A stretch of DNA of 64,000 nt from Saprospiraceae bacterium (GCA_022844565.1 JALHLK010000007.1:12050-76049); one strand, 5' to 3'. Positions 1 through 11,009 are shown, counted from the stretch's first letter. The notes: a model not told the origin generated them from the sequence alone. Numbers and translations are program-made.

Positions 1-1419
1 TTTAGTGGTAACTGGCTTCATAAAGGAAATAGATGGAACCCAATAGTAGAAGACGATAGCCTGTTCTATGGAGCACAATCAATTGTTTTTGATTCTATTG
101 GAAATGTGAAGACTGATATTGTTATTGATTTTGATAATAATGGGACAAATGTTGGAGATAAAGGCCAAATCGGTGATGTAGAAATTTTCAGATGTAGATT
201 TATTCAAGGTACTCAATTAGTATCCATAGCTGGAAATGTTGCAACTCCTCAAAATGAAAGTGTAGAAGGGGTAGATATTAACTTATTAGAAAGTAGAAAT
301 GATGGATCAAGAACTCGTCAAGATGGCAACTTTGAAATAAACAATCTACCATCAGGTAGCATTTATACCATAGCTCCTCACAAAGATGATGATGTGACCA
401 ATGGAGTCAATGTTATTGATTTATTACATCTTCAAAGGCATATTCTTGGTACGACAAAATTAAATACAGCTTATAAGCATATCGCTGGTGATGTAAATAA
501 TGACCAAAATATTAATATAAGCGATATTATTGCTTTGAGAAAGGTAATTTTAGGTGTAGAGGACAAGTTTGTTAATAATACTTCATGGAAATTTATTGAT
601 AAGACTCAAGTACTAGATCAAAAGAATCCGTGGACAGAAATGATAAAAGAAAGTATTGAGTTCAATGGTATTAATCAGGCTACTTTCTCTAACTTTATTG
701 GAGTCAAAATAGGTGATTTGGACGCTAATGTGGTTGCTAATACAACTCAATTACAAAATAGAAGTAATTCTAACAAGCATCTAATTGTTGAAAAAACTTC
801 TGGTGAAGGATTGATCAAAGTACCTATATACGGAGATTTTTACTTACACGCTGCCATGGAGCTTTCATTTAGGTTAAAAGGATTCGAATTAAAAGATATT
901 GAATCCGGTCAATTAACAGTTTTAAATGAAAATATTAGTAAAAATGACAACACATTTAAGTTAATATCATGGTCACATACACAGCAAAATATTGATACTG
1001 AAAAACCGCTATTCTATTTAGTGATAAAAGGTAGTTCAACTTTTGAAGGAAGGAATTTGGAGATTATGAATTCTAGCTTCATTTATAGTGATAATGGATT
1101 GGTGAGTAATCTTGAGGTTACTGATAGAAATCGACCAATACAAAACATAACAGATCAAGTAGTTTTACATCAAAATTACCCAAATCCTTGGGAAAATATT
1201 ACAAAAGTCGTTTTTGAAATGCCTAATGCAGGCAAAGTGAACTTTAGAGTATTTGACCTGACTGGTAAACAAATTTTATCAAGATCACTTGAAGCTGAAA
1301 AGGGTAATAATGAGATTAATGTAACAGCGTTGGATTTACCTGCTGAAGGAATGTATACCTATTCTCTTCAAATTGGTCAAACAATTCTTAACAAACGTTT
1401 TATTTTCATAGGAAGGTAA
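1..1419 (+). CDS. T9SS-secreted protein, 5'-truncated (dockerin-like + cohesin-like + T9SS type A C-terminal domain)
   Basis: Frame is open from base 1 (FSGNWLHKGNRWNP...), so the gene starts before the window. Dockerin-like NGVNVIDLLHLQRHILG / AGDVNNDQNINISDIIALRKVILG. CTD signature LHQNYPNPW...VFDLTGK...GMYTYSL...KRFI. Confidence 0.85.
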   Translation, partial: FSGNWLHKGNRWNPIVEDDSLFYGAQSIVFDSIGNVKTDIVIDFDNNGTNVGDKGQIGDVEIFRCRFIQGTQLVSIAGNVATPQNESVEGVDINLLESRNDGSRTRQDGNFEINNLPSGSIYTIAPHKDDDVTNGVNVIDLLHLQRHILGTTKLNTAYKHIAGDVNNDQNINISDIIALRKVILGVEDKFVNNTSWKFIDKTQVLDQKNPWTEMIKESIEFNGINQATFSNFIGVKIGDLDANVVANTTQLQNRSNSNKHLIVEKTSGEGLIKVPIYGDFYLHAAMELSFRLKGFELKDIESGQLTVLNENISKNDNTFKLISWSHTQQNIDTEKPLFYLVIKGSSTFEGRNLEIMNSSFIYSDNGLVSNLEVTDRNRPIQNITDQVVLHQNYPNPWENITKVVFEMPNAGKVNFRVFDLTGKQILSRSLEAEKGNNEINVTALDLPAEGMYTYSLQIGQTILNKRFIFIGR

Positions 1420-1442
1420 TTTTATAACTTTCCAAATATTTT

Positions 1443-1484
1443 AAAGGCGTCAATAATGTGAATGAACATTGTTGACGTCTTTTT
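1443..1484 (+). terminator. Rho-independent terminator
   Basis: AAAGGCGTCAATAATGT...ACATTGTTGACGTCTTTTT stem-loop with T tract after the stop codon. Confidence 0.7.
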
Positions 1485-1504
1485 AATTGGTGGTTTATTG
1501 ATTA

Positions 1505-1744
1505 ACCTGGATTCCGCATTAGAAATGAACTGCCTAAGATAATTTGGGTTAAACCACCTAACTTACAATTGCAATAGCTATGACAGAGCGCCACAGTTCA
1601 AGGATAAATTGACTTGTGGTCAATTTTTAACGTCTTTCTTATCCTCGATGTAGCTTTGGCTACACCTGCAGGATAAAATCTCCGAGTAATGCCAACTATT
1701 TTGTCATATATTCTTTTGAATAAAGTCTAATGAGGAATCTGGGA
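1505..1744. mobile_element. MITE-like fold-back element (ACC-type ends)
   Basis: Imperfect TIRs ACCTGGATTCCGCATTAGA / TCTAATGAGGAATCTGGGA, TTA on both sides, central TGTAGC-TTTG-GCTACA hairpin at 1649-1664. Confidence 0.65.
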
Positions 1745-1954
1745 TTAATAAAAATATTATTGCATTCGATGATTAGTGGCAAAACAGAATTAATAAGCTG
1801 ATTCATAGAGGTTTTTTGAAATATTATGATATCTTTTGGAGATTCTACCCAACAAGTTAAAATAAAGTTATTTCATTTAGTTAAATTTTCGATAATAGAA
1901 AATAAAATTTAAATTTGGAGTTGTAAATGAAATTGTTTTTTATAGTTTTACGTC

Positions 1955-2509
1955 ATGGATTTAATTTTTAATAATTTAGCAGCTGAGCAAATCTATATTC
2001 AAGCCTGTATTGACAAAGAGTCTTGGGCTTTGCAAAAATTGTATGAAGAGTTTTATCCGATCATGTATCCGACTTGCTTACGATATGCAAACACTGAAGA
2101 AGACGCTTTAGATATATTGCATGATGGTTTTATAAAAGTATTTAATAATATAGAAAAATATCAAGTAGGCACCTCTTTGGGTGCATGGATCAAAAGAATT
2201 ATCATCAATACTTCTATAGATTATTACAGAAAAGAGTCTAAAAGGCGAACGACTGATATCGAAATGGTTGTGGATGTGGCTCAAAGCGGACCTGATGTAA
2301 TAAGCCAAATATCAGCAGAAGAATTATTAAACGCTTTACAACATCTCACACCTTCTTATAGGTCAGTTTTTAACTTATATGTCATTGAAGGCTATTCTCA
2401 TAGAGAACTGGCTGAAAAGTTGGGAATCACCGAGAGTACTTCGAGATCCAATCTAGTAAAAGCTAGAACAAAATTAAAGGAGATCATATCAACATTTTAC
2501 TTTAGGTAA
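1955..2509 (+). CDS. ECF-type RNA polymerase sigma factor
   Basis: Region 2 (EDALDILHDGFIKVF...WIKRIIINTSID) and region 4 (VFNLYVIEGYSHRELAEKLGITESTSRSNL). Confidence 0.93.
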   Translation: MDLIFNNLAAEQIYIQACIDKESWALQKLYEEFYPIMYPTCLRYANTEEDALDILHDGFIKVFNNIEKYQVGTSLGAWIKRIIINTSIDYYRKESKRRTTDIEMVVDVAQSGPDVISQISAEELLNALQHLTPSYRSVFNLYVIEGYSHRELAEKLGITESTSRSNLVKARTKLKEIISTFYFR

Positions 2510-2526
2510 TCGTTCTATAAAGACGA

Positions 2527-3978
2527 TTGGATATGACAGACAAAGAATTTGACGATATTATAAAAAACAAATTATCAGCTTTTGAAAATAATTCAAAACC
2601 TGACTGGAATTCTTTTTCTAAAAAACTAGAAGAATCAGAAAAAAGCGAAAAAGAATTTGACGCCCTAATTGCAGCAAAATTAAAAAACTTTACTAAGCCT
2701 GTAAAGTCATCACACTGGGAATTATTAAGAAAACGATTAATCAAGGAGGAGTTTGTTAGACGTAAAGTTTACTCTCTAAAAAGCATAGAATCTTTCTCAC
2801 TACTGCTTTTATTACTAATTACACTTAATAATCAGTATGTAAAATTTGATTTTGCAAAATACACAGATCCCACATTGTATGCAGAATTGTTTAATAGGAA
2901 TGAAGTTCTGCCAAAAAGAATAAATAACCAATTGGTCTTTAATGAAAAAATTAATGTAAGCTCAAGTGAAATTGAGGTTGTAGTCGATGATGAAGTTATT
3001 AAGGAAGAAAATAATGATGTTGTAATAGACCAAAACCTATTTACTGTTCCTTTTCAATCATTAAAATCAGTACCAATTGTAAATGTGTTTAGCACTAAAA
3101 TTCGGGAAATAAACAATACTATAGGTGATGAAATATTGCTAGCAACAGATGGGGAACGAACATCAGTTGAGCCTTTTGATGGCTTGGAACAAATCGTATT
3201 AAAAGACCAAATGAAGTCTCTTTACAAACCATATGTAGATACAAGATTCATTTATAATCCACATATGTATAACAAGGGATTCACCTTTTATGATTTAAGT
3301 ATTTATGGTAACTCTGGGATGGTCCAAGTAAATTCACCATATGACCCAATTTATGACGTGGAGAGCAATAAACGATATGGTAAAGTATCCAAAATTGGAG
3401 TATTATTTGGTGCTGGTACAGAACGATTTAAATTAAAAACAGGTCTAGAATATCAGTCAATAAGTTATAAGCCACAACAAGTAGAAGAGATTTTTGGCTC
3501 GATGTCCAATGGCTTGAAAAAATATAGCCTCGATGGTATTAAGTTTGACATCATAAGTGTCCCAATGAGAGTCAGTGTTAATATGTTAAAATCTGAAAAA
3601 GCTAGTCTTAATCTATTAGCTGGTGTCAATACAAATGCCATCTTTAATGCTGATCATAGGATACAAGAAACGGAATTATCTAGAGAAGAAACGATTAGTT
3701 TAAACAGTGCTTTTCCAACAGGTCAAAGATCTGTAAAACAGGAACCTAAGTTATTTCAAAAGACTTTTTCGAAGGGTGTATTTTCAGAAGGTGGACTTGA
3801 TAACATTTATTTTGATGCAAATGTCGAGGTGGAATATGAGCGAAAAATTAATGATACAAAATCATTCCAGATTGCATTAGGAACATCTCGATTTTTAGGT
3901 TCAAAAGGGGTAGGACCCAATAATGATGCACTGCATGGCGTCTATGCCAGATTAGGGCTATCTTACAAATTGAATTAA
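2527..3978 (+). CDS. Putative anti-sigma factor with C-terminal outer-membrane beta-barrel-like domain
   Basis: Directly follows the ECF sigma. N-terminal FDDIIKNKL...W motif occurs twice, then one hydrophobic segment and amphipathic beta-strands ending LGLSYKLN. Confidence 0.6.
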   Translation: MDMTDKEFDDIIKNKLSAFENNSKPDWNSFSKKLEESEKSEKEFDALIAAKLKNFTKPVKSSHWELLRKRLIKEEFVRRKVYSLKSIESFSLLLLLLITLNNQYVKFDFAKYTDPTLYAELFNRNEVLPKRINNQLVFNEKINVSSSEIEVVVDDEVIKEENNDVVIDQNLFTVPFQSLKSVPIVNVFSTKIREINNTIGDEILLATDGERTSVEPFDGLEQIVLKDQMKSLYKPYVDTRFIYNPHMYNKGFTFYDLSIYGNSGMVQVNSPYDPIYDVESNKRYGKVSKIGVLFGAGTERFKLKTGLEYQSISYKPQQVEEIFGSMSNGLKKYSLDGIKFDIISVPMRVSVNMLKSEKASLNLLAGVNTNAIFNADHRIQETELSREETISLNSAFPTGQRSVKQEPKLFQKTFSKGVFSEGGLDNIYFDANVEVEYERKINDTKSFQIALGTSRFLGSKGVGPNNDALHGVYARLGLSYKLN

Positions 3979-4041
3979 GGGGGAGTTCTAAAACCTCTAT
4001 TTCTCACAATGAAAATGGGTATTTATAACTACCCTAAAAAA

Positions 4042-5085
4042 TCAACCCATCAACACAGGCTTTTCAATCTTTAGTCTTTGACCAGTTGCATCCATTATTG
4101 CTTGAGCACCAACGGGGATAGTTAAATTGTTAGTAACGTGACCAAATGGTGTACCAGCTAGAATTGGAATATTTAATGGCAAAAGTCTTTCCTTTATGGT
4201 TTCTAATAATGTAAAGGAATTTGATGGGTCCTTAGCTCCGCAATCAGTAAATTGACCAAGTAAGATACCACTTGCTTTTTTTAGATTTGTACCATATATC
4301 AATTGAGTCAGCATTCTATCGACTCTGTAAGGCTCCTCACCTATATCTTCAAAAAAAGCAATCGAATTGCTGAAATCAGGTTCGTAAGGCATACCCACCA
4401 TACTTGTTACAACCGTTAAGTTACCACCAACAAGCTTGCCTGTAGCCACGCCCGGGCGTAAAGTCTCCAGCAGGTCATACTTAGAAGTATCATCTATCAA
4501 AGGCATATTCTTAAAATTGTAATCAACAGCTTTGTTGTCAAAAAATATATTTTGAAAAGATTCCAAAGTTATACCACTCATCATTCTTATCGGGATAGGA
4601 CCATGAAAAGTAATTAATCCCGTTTTTTGTAAAATTGCAATGTGATAAGCACTAATATCGCTATAACCTATGAATGGTTTAGGATTTTTTTTGATTATTT
4701 TATAGTCCAACATATCCAATATCCTTGTAGACCCATATCCACCCCGTCCACACCAAATCGCTTTGATACTTTTATCTGCAAACATAGTATTGATATCTTC
4801 TGCCCTTTCTTCATCTAGTCCTGCTAAAAATCCATTGTGAGCCAAGATATGCTTTGATAAAATGGGTTCCATCCCAAAACCTTTAATTTGTGCAATTGCC
4901 ACATCAATCTGTTCTTGCTTTAACTTAGAAGAAGGGGTAATTATCCCGATCTTATCACCTTTTTTAATTAAATTTGGCATGATCAACTTTTGATTGGCAG
5001 ATGTACTTGCTTGTAATTCATTATTTGTGGTTATTATCCCACCACCTAAAAGTAAACTTGATTTTGCAAATGATCTTCTATTCAT
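4042..5085 (-). CDS. LD-carboxypeptidase (peptidase S66)
   Basis: RGGYG, GYSD, GGNL, EDIGE and FGH motifs; Tat-like NRRSF leader. Confidence 0.9.
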   Translation of the reverse strand: MNRRSFAKSSLLLGGGIITTNNELQASTSANQKLIMPNLIKKGDKIGIITPSSKLKQEQIDVAIAQIKGFGMEPILSKHILAHNGFLAGLDEERAEDINTMFADKSIKAIWCGRGGYGSTRILDMLDYKIIKKNPKPFIGYSDISAYHIAILQKTGLITFHGPIPIRMMSGITLESFQNIFFDNKAVDYNFKNMPLIDDTSKYDLLETLRPGVATGKLVGGNLTVVTSMVGMPYEPDFSNSIAFFEDIGEEPYRVDRMLTQLIYGTNLKKASGILLGQFTDCGAKDPSNSFTLLETIKERLLPLNIPILAGTPFGHVTNNLTIPVGAQAIMDATGQRLKIEKPVLMG

Positions 5086-5092
5086 TTTTTAA

Positions 5093-5935
5093 TTATTTTG
5101 TGACAATATTAGCAACTGTACGTAATACAATCCTCCTAACCTGTCGATGAATTTCTTTTCTAACCTCTTTTAGTACATATTGAAACTTAAAATCAATCAC
5201 ATCTTTAGAGACTTTTAGCAATTTAAGATTGTAAGAATCTGGCACAAGATAGTGTTCCATCGGTTGACAAGCTAAAATTAGCTTCTTTTCCAATTCTTCA
5301 ACACTCCTTATCTTATTGATGTCCATTTGAAAGTCAACTGACATACTTCTGATATTTCTTTTGGTATAATTGACGATGTCTGCATTATAAAATTTAGAGT
5401 TGGCTACATAGAGCACTTCATCGTCCTCTGTAAGAAGCGTAATTTTTTGCAACCCAAGTTCTACAATCTTTCCTTTTTGATCATTGTATTCTACGATATC
5501 ATCTATTTCAATTTTCGAAGAAAATCCATTGATAATGCCGATGATGATTTCTGCAATAAACTCCTTGGTCACAATGGCGATCGCAGCTGCTACGATACTT
5601 AATGATGTGAATACTTGTTTCAAATCCAAGCCCATCAAAGATAAAATGACTAAAAAAATAGACAATACGACAATAATGGTATACAAGTTTTTTAGTCCGA
5701 CGAGTATATTATCTCTGGTTCGATTCTTATTCATCTCTTTGCCTACGATCGTGTAGACGATTGTAATTTCGATAATGGTTCTAATGCTGATTAAAAGGAT
5801 AAGTAGACTCAATATAGTCCTGATTATTGCGGCATTTGTAAGTTTACTATAATACTCAGGATGAGTCCTTAGAAATAGAAAAAAGATCATTAATAAAATA
5901 GATATGATAATTTTTATCATTCGTTCTCTCTTCAT
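5093..5935 (-). CDS. MscS-family mechanosensitive channel
   Basis: N-terminal TM helices followed by IEIDDIVEYNDQKGKIVELG...VANSKFYNADIVNYT. Confidence 0.8.
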   Translation of the reverse strand: MKRERMIKIIISILLMIFFLFLRTHPEYYSKLTNAAIIRTILSLLILLISIRTIIEITIVYTIVGKEMNKNRTRDNILVGLKNLYTIIVVLSIFLVILSLMGLDLKQVFTSLSIVAAAIAIVTKEFIAEIIIGIINGFSSKIEIDDIVEYNDQKGKIVELGLQKITLLTEDDEVLYVANSKFYNADIVNYTKRNIRSMSVDFQMDINKIRSVEELEKKLILACQPMEHYLVPDSYNLKLLKVSKDVIDFKFQYVLKEVRKEIHRQVRRIVLRTVANIVTK

Positions 5936-6183
5936 AGTTTAAGATTAAATTTTGGGCAAAAATAGGGATATTTTTAACATTAATAGGCGTTGTCCTAATA
6001 CTATATACAACCAAAAGGGATTTTAAAAGCTTTTCCCACATTTCATTGCAAAATTTCAAAAAAAAACCAATATCCTCTTGACAGCAACAACAAAAAAGAT
6101 ATATCTTTATAAAAATATTCAAAAATTAGTCCTAAACCGAAGTTTTTTTATAAAACGTGGAATCATTTTTGAATAAAATATGT

Positions 6184-6361
6184 TAAATTTAAAAATCTAA
6201 AGTGGATTTCCTATTACAGCTCAAAATTACTGCAAAATCAGGTGTTTCACTCACTTGCTTCGCACCATCCCGAAAGCCATCGAGATGATTTGTCGCAAAA
6301 AGTGCTGATTTTATTGTTCTTTTGACCTTCATTACGGAGTCCATTATGGATATTTAGGTTA
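6184..6361. mobile_element. Degenerate fold-back element, homologous to 21023-21169
   Basis: AAATCTAAAGTGGATTTCC...GCAAAATCAGGTGTTTCACTCACTT matches the reverse complement of about 21100-21165; imperfect terminal inverted repeat. Confidence 0.5.
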
Positions 6362-6407
6362 CGAATTAATTGGTATCACATCCTAAACAAGGCATACAAA
6401 ATATAGT

Positions 6408-9400
6408 ATGAGTCAAATAAGCAATTACGAATTACTCTTAAGCAAGCTGGATCAATTTATAAGGAAGTATTATATAAATAATTTATTAAGGGGATTATTG
6501 TATTTTACAGGTGTAGTGGTGGGATTGTTCCTACTTATCAACTTACTAGAAAATAATTTTTACTTCGATAAGTCAGTCCGAAAGGTAATGTTTTATGGAT
6601 TTGTAGGCATATCTATGTTATTGGGATATAAATGGATGGTAGACCCTATATTTCGGTACTTCCATCTAGGCAAGACGATCTCCCATGAGCAAGCTGCGGT
6701 CATCATAGGTGATCATTTTACTGATATTAAAGATCGACTTCTCAATATTTTACAGCTCAAGAAAATGGCAGATGGACAAGACCAATCGAATCTAATCTTA
6801 GCGAGTATCAATCAAAAGACAGAAAAAATCAAATTAATTCCTTTTCAATCAGCCATAGATTTGGGAGGAAATAGAAAATATTTAAAATATGCTGCACCGC
6901 CCTTATTGTGTTTGGTGGCCGTATTATTTATGTCACCTTCTTTGATCAAAGACAGTACTTTTAGATTAATCAATAATGACAAAGATTTTGAGAAGGAAGC
7001 ACCTTTTCAATTTAAGATAGAAAATAAAGACCTAACAGCTGTACAATTTGAAGATTATACGCTTAAGGTAAATGTGGAGGGTAGTATATTACCTGATGAG
7101 GTATTTGTAGAAATCGACGGGTATAATTACAAATTGGAAAAGCAAGGTGCAGATCAATTTGAGTATACTTTTAGAAATGTACAGAAGAATACCAATTTTG
7201 TCATCAACGCAGCACAAGTAAAAGGTTTGCCACAAACCCTTGCAGTAATAGAAAAGCCAAACATTGCTAATTTTGTAACTTCGCTTAGATTTCCTCAATA
7301 CCTTGATCGATCCAATGAAGAATTAGACAACGTAGGTGATCTCATCGTACCTGAAGGAACGGTGATTGACTGGTCTTTCAGTACAAAAGCCACGGAAGAT
7401 GTAAACTTATTATTTGGAGAAAAAGGACCCCTCAAATCAGCAGAGCAAAGAGCAGAAAATCTTTATAATTTCAAAATAAAAGCCAACAATTCAACTCCAT
7501 ATAAAATATACTTGTCCAACCAATTTTTGGCCAATGCAGATTCATTTTTATACAATATTACGGTCATAAAAGATCAATACCCTACTGTATCGGTAGAGCA
7601 ATTGATTGACAGTACCGATAAGTCAGCGATCTTGTTTACAGGTAATGTAGCTGATGATTATGGTGTATCGTCTTTGGTGCTCAATTATACACTATCTGAT
7701 GAAGCAGGAAAGTCAAAGCCAGTTAAAAAGGTAAAAGTTGGTTTGCCAAGCATGGCTAATGAAGCGGGTTTCCAGCATGTATTTAGATTGGAGGAATTAA
7801 ATCTTCAGCCTGGCGACAATCTGAGTTACTACTTTGAGGTATTTGACAATGATGGTGTGAATGGTGCAAAATCTACGAAGTCTCAAGTACTTACTTTCAA
7901 GAAGCCATCTGTATCAGAATTGAAAGAACTAGAAGAAAAGAATGAAGAAGCGATAGAAAAGAACCTTCAAGAGGCGCTCAATAAGTACGACAAGATGGAG
8001 GAGCGCTATAGAAAATTAAAAGAAAAACTTCTTAATAAAAAAGAATTGGACTGGCAAGATCGAAAAGAACTTGAAAAGATCTTAGAAGAGCAAAAGAAAC
8101 TTCAAGAACAAATGAAGCAGTCTAACGAAAAAATGCTGGAGAACATGAAAATGCAAAATGAAATGCAAAACATGGACCAGAAGACTGAAGAGAAGCAAGA
8201 AAAGCTCGAACAAATGATGAAGGAGACCATAAGTGAAGAAAATAAAGAGCTTATGGAAAGAATTCAAGAATTGATGCAAGAATTGGATAAAGAAGACGCG
8301 CTCCGTATTATGGATCAAATGCAAATGGAGAATGAAAACATGGATAAGAAAACTGAGCGTCTAAAAGAACTTTTCGAACAGCTCAAAATGGAAAAAGATA
8401 TTAAAGAGCAAATTGACAAACTGGATAAATTAGCGGATAAGCAAGAAGAGTTGGCTAAAAAAACTGAAAAGCTAGACGAGAAAAATAATAAGGACGATAA
8501 TAAGAAAGAAGGAGATAAAAAAGATTCTGCTCAAGAAGATAAGAAAAAAAGTGAGGAGCTCCAGAAAGAGCAAAATGATATAAAAAAGCAGTTGGAAGAT
8601 ATTCAAAAAGAGCTCAAAAAGCTAGAAGAAGAGAATAAAGAATTGTCTCCACCAAAAGATATGGGGGAAGATAATCAAGAGAAAATGGATGACGCCAAAA
8701 AGGATATGGATAAGGCCGACAAAGAGATGAAAAAAGAAGATAATAAAGCTGCATCGAAAGCTCAAAAGTCTGCTGCCAAGAAGATGAAAGATCAAGCTGG
8801 AGAAATGGGCGAGTCTATGGAAGGTGGAGACCAAGAACAACAAACCGAGGATATTAAAACGATCCGTCAGATATTAGAAAATTTGGTAACTTTATCAGTC
8901 AATCAGGAGGATCTTTTTGGAATGTTTGCAAAAACTCCTTCCACAACGCCTAAGTTTAGAGATCTAGTAAGAGAGCAACTAAAAATCAAGGATGACTTTA
9001 AGATCGTAGAAGATAGTCTCATAGCCTTGAGCAATAGAAATGATCAAATCTCAAGTTTTATCAATGAGAAAGTGACGGAGATTAAGTACAATATGTCAAA
9101 TAGTATTTCATTACTTGAAGAAAGGCAAGTACCTCAGTCTACCGACAAGCAGCGAAGGTCAATGACAAATTTAAATGATTTGGCATTAATGCTTTCCGAA
9201 TCTATGGAAAATATGCAAAAGCAAAAAGCAGGAGGTATGCCAGGAGCCCAAATGTGTCAAAATCCTGGAGGTAAATCAGGTAAAACGGGGAAGGTGCCTA
9301 TGGACAAAATAGGTGAAGGTCAAGATGGAGTAGGCGGCAAGCTTAAAGAATTAAAAGACAAAATGGGCAAAGGTGGTAAAGACGGTCCAAATGCCAAAGA

Positions 9401-9815
9401 TTTTGCAGAAGCTGCGGCCAAGCAAGCTGCTTTGAGAAAAGCACTTCAAGATCTCAAAAAAGAAAAACAAGAGCAAGGCAAAGGTGGTAATCAATTTGAT
9501 GATATCATCGATATGATGGATAAGATGGAAATTGACTTGGTCAACAAAAGATTGAATGGTGAAACTTTAAAAAGACAACAAGATATAAAAACAAGATTAC
9601 TGGAAACAGAAAAAGCTGAAAGACAAAGAGGTGAAGACGAAAAAAGAAAGTCAGAAACCGCTATGGATGTTAAGCAGTCTCTTCCACCTGCATTGCAAGA
9701 CTATTTAAAAAAGAGAAATGCTGAGGTAGAAACGTATAAAACGGTATCACCGGCCTTAAAACCATATTATAGATATTTAGTAGACGAGTATTATAAATCG
9801 TTAAAGGCGAAATAA
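6408..9815 (+). CDS. DUF4175-like membrane-anchored coiled-coil protein
   Basis: N-terminal TM segments, ADDYGVSSL and YYFEVFDNDGVNG motifs, long K/E/Q/M coiled coil, C-terminal PYYRYLVDEYY. Confidence 0.75.
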   Translation: MSQISNYELLLSKLDQFIRKYYINNLLRGLLYFTGVVVGLFLLINLLENNFYFDKSVRKVMFYGFVGISMLLGYKWMVDPIFRYFHLGKTISHEQAAVIIGDHFTDIKDRLLNILQLKKMADGQDQSNLILASINQKTEKIKLIPFQSAIDLGGNRKYLKYAAPPLLCLVAVLFMSPSLIKDSTFRLINNDKDFEKEAPFQFKIENKDLTAVQFEDYTLKVNVEGSILPDEVFVEIDGYNYKLEKQGADQFEYTFRNVQKNTNFVINAAQVKGLPQTLAVIEKPNIANFVTSLRFPQYLDRSNEELDNVGDLIVPEGTVIDWSFSTKATEDVNLLFGEKGPLKSAEQRAENLYNFKIKANNSTPYKIYLSNQFLANADSFLYNITVIKDQYPTVSVEQLIDSTDKSAILFTGNVADDYGVSSLVLNYTLSDEAGKSKPVKKVKVGLPSMANEAGFQHVFRLEELNLQPGDNLSYYFEVFDNDGVNGAKSTKSQVLTFKKPSVSELKELEEKNEEAIEKNLQEALNKYDKMEERYRKLKEKLLNKKELDWQDRKELEKILEEQKKLQEQMKQSNEKMLENMKMQNEMQNMDQKTEEKQEKLEQMMKETISEENKELMERIQELMQELDKEDALRIMDQMQMENENMDKKTERLKELFEQLKMEKDIKEQIDKLDKLADKQEELAKKTEKLDEKNNKDDNKKEGDKKDSAQEDKKKSEELQKEQNDIKKQLEDIQKELKKLEEENKELSPPKDMGEDNQEKMDDAKKDMDKADKEMKKEDNKAASKAQKSAAKKMKDQAGEMGESMEGGDQEQQTEDIKTIRQILENLVTLSVNQEDLFGMFAKTPSTTPKFRDLVREQLKIKDDFKIVEDSLIALSNRNDQISSFINEKVTEIKYNMSNSISLLEERQVPQSTDKQRRSMTNLNDLALMLSESMENMQKQKAGGMPGAQMCQNPGGKSGKTGKVPMDKIGEGQDGVGGKLKELKDKMGKGGKDGPNAKDFAEAAAKQAALRKALQDLKKEKQEQGKGGNQFDDIIDMMDKMEIDLVNKRLNGETLKRQQDIKTRLLETEKAERQRGEDEKRKSETAMDVKQSLPPALQDYLKKRNAEVETYKTVSPALKPYYRYLVDEYYKSLKAK

Positions 9816-9862
9816 TGGTGCGATTTTTGTAATAATAATGATAGGAAATTATAGGATATAAA

Positions 9863-10279
9863 ATGACAGATACGAACGAATTGTATTTAAAATCATCGGC
9901 TCAAAGTATAGTTGAATTAGAAAACTATCTTGAAAGCCTTCTAATAAATAATTATATTTCATCGGACAGGTATGCAGAAATTCTTATTTCTCTTACAGAA
10001 GCAGTGAACAATGCAATTATACATGGGAATAAAAATGATGAGAAGAAGCATGTAGTTGTACAATGTGTAAATAAAAGAACAGGATTTTCATTTATCGTCA
10101 AAGATGAAGGTAGGGGTTTTGATCCTACTAATATTCCTGACCCTACACACCAAGATCAACTGGATTGCTGTGGTGGTAGGGGCGTACATATCATGAAACA
10201 ATTGTCAGATAAAATCGCTTTCAAAAACAAAGGAAGGGTTGTGGAGATGTATTTTGAAAACTGCAAATCTTATGTGTGA
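9863..10279 (+). CDS. RsbW-like anti-sigma/Ser kinase (HATPase_c)
   Basis: EAVNNAIIHGN, DEGRGFD and GGRGV boxes. Confidence 0.85.
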   Translation: MTDTNELYLKSSAQSIVELENYLESLLINNYISSDRYAEILISLTEAVNNAIIHGNKNDEKKHVVVQCVNKRTGFSFIVKDEGRGFDPTNIPDPTHQDQLDCCGGRGVHIMKQLSDKIAFKNKGRVVEMYFENCKSYV

Positions 10280-10713
10280 ACCAGAAAAGTAATATTCATT
10301 TTGAGTATGAAGAAGTTGAGGCTCCAAGCTTTTTGGATCACGAGACTTTGTCTAATTGGTTGATTGAGATAGCGTCAGGTTATCAATCGAAAATAGTCAA
10401 TTTACAATATATTTTTTGCGATGATGAGTACATGCTTGAAGTTAATAGAGAGCACCTCAATCATGATTATTACACAGATATCATCACATTTCCCTACCAA
10501 GAGGGTAAGTTGTTAGAAGCCGATATTTTAATTAGTTTGGATAGCGTGAAGGAAAATGCAGATCATTATAAAGTAACCTATCAAGAAGAATTAATGCGTG
10601 TAATGGTACATGGCTTACTTCACGTAGTAGGCTTTAGTGATAAAACAGAGGAAGAAAGCTTAAAGATGCGAAAGGCAGAAGATGAGGCAATAGATAAAAT
10701 TTTAAAAAAATAG
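10276..10713 (+). CDS. ybeY: rRNA maturation RNase YbeY
   Basis: TDIITF and HGLLHVVGFSD motifs. Confidence 0.93.
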   Translation: MNQKSNIHFEYEEVEAPSFLDHETLSNWLIEIASGYQSKIVNLQYIFCDDEYMLEVNREHLNHDYYTDIITFPYQEGKLLEADILISLDSVKENADHYKVTYQEELMRVMVHGLLHVVGFSDKTEEESLKMRKAEDEAIDKILKK

Positions 10714-10823
10714 TATCTACAATTATTTTCAAAATAATTCTAAAATAATTTCCAATAGACAATAATATATTTGTATATTTGCACTCGCTTTCAAAAAAAG
10801 GCGACCAAAAGTAGAAGTACTTT

Positions 10824-10912
10824 GGTGAGATGGGTGAGTGGCTGAAACCAACGGTTTGCTAAACCGTCGTACCTGTCAAAGGGTACCCCGGGTTCGAATC
10901 CCGGTCTCACCG
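10824..10912 (+). tRNA. tRNA-Ser(GCT)
   Basis: Acceptor GGTGAGA/TCTCACC, anticodon arm ACGGT-TTGCTAA-ACCGT, long variable arm, GGTTCGAATCC. Confidence 0.96.
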
Positions 10913-10934
10913 CATTTATGAAAGCTGCTATATT

Positions 10935-11009
10935 CGGGGCGTAGCGCAGCCCGGTTAGCGTACCTGGTTTGGGACCAGGTGGTCGCAGGTTCGAATCCTG
11001 CCGCCCCGA
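10935..11009 (+). tRNA. tRNA-Pro(TGG)
   Basis: Acceptor CGGGGCG/CGCCCCG, anticodon arm CCTGG-TTTGGGA-CCAGG, GGTTCGAATCC. Confidence 0.96.
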
